Source of the DNA: Candidatus Avispirillum sp.
GTDB lineage: Bacteria > Bacillota > Clostridia > Oscillospirales > CAG-272
DNA length: 64,000 nt
Reading direction: 5' to 3'
Assembly (NCBI GenBank): GCA_045631345.1
Contig: JAZQUP010000013.1
Span: 68,770-132,769 of the forward strand
The notes under the pieces are model-generated. The model was not told the DNA's origin and did no database searches. It worked only from the letters and a program-made list of their open reading frames with translations. The position numbers and the translations under genes are program-made. Shown piece after piece: positions 61,134-64,000 of the stretch (position 1 is the first letter of the stretch; every line of letters begins with the position of its first letter).

Positions 61134-63623
61134 TTAACCATCTGTTATATCTGTATGTACGATTGATATTTCTATAACTGTTCCTCTTGCAACCTGTGTG
61201 CCTGCCTCTACTGACTGAGAAATAACAGTTGCACTCTGGCTATCCTTTGCACCTCTGATACGAACATTGAGACCTGCATTTACAAGAATTCTCATTGCCG
61301 CCTCACCTGTTTTTCCTTCAACATCAGGAACGGTTACTGTTGCCTTAGCGCTTTCCTCGCCTGTATAAAGAATAATTCTGCCGTTCTGCTTAGTTACTGT
61401 GCTTCCCTCAGCAGGTACCTGACTGACAACTGTGTCGCCATTACCAACAACCTCGCATACAAGACCTCTGCCTTCAATATCATCTCTTGCGCCTAATACA
61501 GAATATCCTGAATAGTTGAGAATATTAACGTCAACGGTTGCCATTTCCTCCTCTGTATACTGAGGCTCATATCCAAGATAGGGGAGAACATTTGAAAGGA
61601 ATTTTGAAACATAAGGCGCTGCAACTCGGCTACCGTAAACAACGCCGCCCATAGGCTCGTCAACCATAACAAGAATTGCAATTTCAGGATCATCATAAGG
61701 CGCATATGCAACTGTTGATGAAACTCTGAGCTCTGCATCCTTAATATCTCTTTTTTCAGATGTACCTGTTTTGGCTGCTATCTTATATCCTTTAACATAT
61801 GCATTCTTCGCACCGCCATCGCCTGAAACACCATCTTCAAGTATTTCGGAGATAGTTTTGCAAACCTCTTCGCTCACAACCTGACGCTTTACATCAGTTT
61901 CGTATTCATCAATAACATTACCATCGTCATCAACTACTTCGCTGAGGAAATGAGGAGTTACATAATAACCTCCGTTTGCAACAGCCGCAATTGCTGCGAT
62001 CTGCTGAATGGGAGTTGTTTTATATGTCTGACCAAAGGAATATACTGCAAGTGATACATGGCTGAAATTATTCCATGTACTGTAAAGACCTGCCGCCTCT
62101 CCGGGAAGATCAATTCCTGTTATGCTCGTATATCCGAATCTTTCAAAATAGTTATAGAACTTTTCCTCGCCCAATCTGAATGCTGCCTGCATAAGAGTTG
62201 GGTTACAAGATTGCTGCAAGCCTCTTGCATATGTTACAGTTCCGTGTCCTCTATGATCGTGACAGCTGATGGGATTGGGATAACCCTCAACCTTAAGCTG
62301 ACCAAGGCATGTGAACATATCACTGGGACTTACCACATTTTCTTCAAAAACCATAGCTGTTGTGATGATTTTTGATGTTGAACCGGGCTCATAAAGCTCT
62401 GTGATCGCTTTGTTTTTCCACATTGCGTATATAAGCTCATATTTTTTGTTTGTATAAGCCTGACTTGTCAGCTCATCATGATTGTCTTTATAATAGCTTA
62501 ATGCCTTTGCAGCAAACTCTTCGCTCTCTACATCAAGATCCTTGTTTTCACTCTTAACGGCATTTTCGGCAAGCTTTTTAGCATCCTCTGTATGCTCATC
62601 ACTGCCATCATATTTTTCAAGCTTTGCAAGCGAAAGCTCATCAAGCTCATAGGGATTATTACAGTCAAATCCGGGAGAAGTTGCCATTGCAAGAATTGCA
62701 CCGGTTTTAACATTCATAACGATTCCTGTTGCTCTGTTGTTAGCAAGGTTTTCTTTCACAGTAGCATTAAGCTGATTTTCAAGTTCATACTGAATATATG
62801 TATCAACAGTAGTTACGATATTATATCCGTTTTCAGCTTCAATAAATGTTTCATATTCAAAGCCCATTTCGTGATTAAGGGCATCCTGAGCTGTTACATA
62901 TCTTCCGCTTGTTCCTTCAAGCAGGTTGTTATAATATGCTTCAAGTCCGTATGTTCCGACACCGTCTGAGTTTGTAAGCCCTAAAACGTGAGAAGCCAGC
63001 TCATTATAAGGATAATATCTGATGCTTCCTGCGCGGAGATAGATCATTCTTGTGAGATCGTTTTCCTCTATAAACTCTCTGATCTTCTTTGCATCCTCTT
63101 CATCTATCTTATCCTTGATCTCTTCATAGCGTCTGCCGTTTTTAGCAGTTTTTTCAAGAATAGTTTCGTATTCAACATCAAGTGTATCAGAAAGGAATCT
63201 GGATATTCCCTGCGCTATGGGCATGGCAGGATATTCGCCTTTATCAGTTTTGAAGGGCTTGGTCATGGTGGGGTCTTCAAATTCTTTGCCTGAAGCTGCA
63301 GCTTCGGCTGCAAGCTCAGCACGCTCTGCAGTTACCTCCTCCACATAGTCAATTATATCCTGAGGAGAAATAAAACAAAGATATACAGTTTTATTTGTTG
63401 CAAGAATATTACCTGTGCTGTCGTAGATAGTTCCTCTCTCGGGATTCACCTCAGTTTCCATAGTGATCTCGTTCACAACCAGCTCTTTATAATATTCATG
63501 ATTAACTATCTGCAAATAGGCAAGCTTGGCAATAACTGCGCAGATCACAAGGCCAAACACTATAAGGATAACGCTGCTTCGGGACCATATCTGCCTGCTT
63601 ATTCTCTTTCTTCTTTCTGCCAT
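61134..63623 (-). CDS. class B penicillin-binding protein with two C-terminal PASTA domains (SpoVD/PBP2B/FtsI-like)
   Basis: The protein has a TM anchor, a dimerisation domain, a transpeptidase domain (STSK-type EPGSTSK, KTGT) and 2 PASTA domains. The start is 63623 (better SD) or 63641. Confidence 0.9.
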   Translation of the reverse strand: MAERRKRISRQIWSRSSVILIVFGLVICAVIAKLAYLQIVNHEYYKELVVNEITMETEVNPERGTIYDSTGNILATNKTVYLCFISPQDIIDYVEEVTAERAELAAEAAASGKEFEDPTMTKPFKTDKGEYPAMPIAQGISRFLSDTLDVEYETILEKTAKNGRRYEEIKDKIDEEDAKKIREFIEENDLTRMIYLRAGSIRYYPYNELASHVLGLTNSDGVGTYGLEAYYNNLLEGTSGRYVTAQDALNHEMGFEYETFIEAENGYNIVTTVDTYIQYELENQLNATVKENLANNRATGIVMNVKTGAILAMATSPGFDCNNPYELDELSLAKLEKYDGSDEHTEDAKKLAENAVKSENKDLDVESEEFAAKALSYYKDNHDELTSQAYTNKKYELIYAMWKNKAITELYEPGSTSKIITTAMVFEENVVSPSDMFTCLGQLKVEGYPNPISCHDHRGHGTVTYARGLQQSCNPTLMQAAFRLGEEKFYNYFERFGYTSITGIDLPGEAAGLYSTWNNFSHVSLAVYSFGQTYKTTPIQQIAAIAAVANGGYYVTPHFLSEVVDDDGNVIDEYETDVKRQVVSEEVCKTISEILEDGVSGDGGAKNAYVKGYKIAAKTGTSEKRDIKDAELRVSSTVAYAPYDDPEIAILVMVDEPMGGVVYGSRVAAPYVSKFLSNVLPYLGYEPQYTEEEMATVDVNILNYSGYSVLGARDDIEGRGLVCEVVGNGDTVVSQVPAEGSTVTKQNGRIILYTGEESAKATVTVPDVEGKTGEAAMRILVNAGLNVRIRGAKDSQSATVISQSVEAGTQVARGTVIEISIVHTDITDG

Positions 63624-63731
63624 AAAGCTATTCCTTTCCATACTTTACGCCCTGCTTATATAAATATATTCCATAAAAATCTTATATATGTTGGCAACAA
63701 ACGCACTTTTGATCTGCTTTATAAATTCCAA

Positions 63732-63758
63732 ACAAGGCGTGCTTTTTGCACGCCTTGT
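63732..63758 (-). other. perfect 11-bp stem-loop between ftsL and the PBP gene
   Basis: The hairpin is ACAAGGCGTGC-TTTTT-GCACGCCTTGT. On the minus strand it is followed by TTTGGAATTT, so it may be an attenuator, a terminator or a processing site. Confidence 0.55.
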
Positions 63759-63767
63759 AAAAGTCAA

Positions 63768-64000
63768 TTAATTAATATATTCCATAAGGTGATCCCAGTT
63801 TGCTCCAACAACTGACATTAGTGTGCCGAACACTCCGTATTCACCCTCAGCTTCCGCTGAAGCATCTACAACCTCAACTCTTTCGCCGTCGGAAATGGAA
63901 ACATATTTTGTTGCAACCTGGTTGCTCTTTACCATACCGATACGGCTTGTTGCCTCTTCTTCAATAACACGAATATCGTTTTTTGCATCAATTGCAACAT
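63768..64000 (-). CDS. ftsL: cell division protein FtsL-like, C-terminal part (5' end outside window)
   Basis: The minus-strand frame is open from the window edge to TAA at 63768-63770. It reads ..IRVIEEEATSRIGMVKSNQVATKYVSI.., typical of Firmicute FtsL, and lies directly upstream of the PBP gene. Confidence 0.6.
   Translation of the reverse strand, partial: VAIDAKNDIRVIEEEATSRIGMVKSNQVATKYVSISDGERVEVVDASAEAEGEYGVFGTLMSVVGANWDHLMEYIN

Overview
This is a chromosomal segment from a low-GC Gram-positive anaerobe. A Ruminococcus-like Clostridia origin is my inference from three points: dockerin-bearing secreted proteins, CIRCE/HrcA heat-shock control, and Firmicute-style Shine-Dalgarno sites and terminators. 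I support about 55 protein genes, tRNA-Leu(CAA), tmRNA (ssrA) next to smpB, a probable cobalamin riboswitch, a CIRCE operator, several near-consensus sigma-A promoters and many rho-independent terminators. No CRISPR array, rRNA, transposase or integrase is visible.

Layout, left to right:
- GNAT acetyltransferase flanked by GC-rich hairpin repeats.
- ABC-exporter pair with a DUF1854 gene.
- A 4.3-kb orphan phage module: BppU-like baseplate/fibre protein, LRR fibre, two small membrane proteins including a holin, and an amidase endolysin.
- glgB.
- A redox cluster: three-domain desulfoferrodoxin, trxB, MBL-fold protein, NifX-like protein, Crp/Fnr regulator and a zinc-ribbon protein.
- ssrA-smpB.
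- Transporters (YgjV, SNF, YfcC), pncB and an orphan EIIC-like permease.
- An HTH-TPR regulator divergent from an SPL-type radical SAM gene.
- tRNA-Leu.
- Two dockerin proteins bracketing a GH172/DUF2961 gene.
- M42 peptidase, fakA/fakB and a MacB/FtsX-type ABC pair.
- AI-2E transporter translationally coupled to metK.
- prmA-dnaJ-dnaK-grpE-hrcA.
- B12 riboswitch with a DUF4430 lipoprotein and an ECF S-component.
- M23 peptidase and a ThyX-fold protein lacking the RHR motif.
- A compact dcw cluster (ftsL' pbp murE mraY ftsW murG ftsQ ftsZ).

I see no clear, complete novel multi-gene system. The best leads are the orphan phage recognition and lysis cassette, the degenerate ThyX paralogue, the att-like scar behind ssrA, the zinc-ribbon ABC/DUF1854 operon, and the HTH-TPR/radical-SAM divergon with a perfect palindromic operator. 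All family assignments come from reading motifs by eye; no searches were run.
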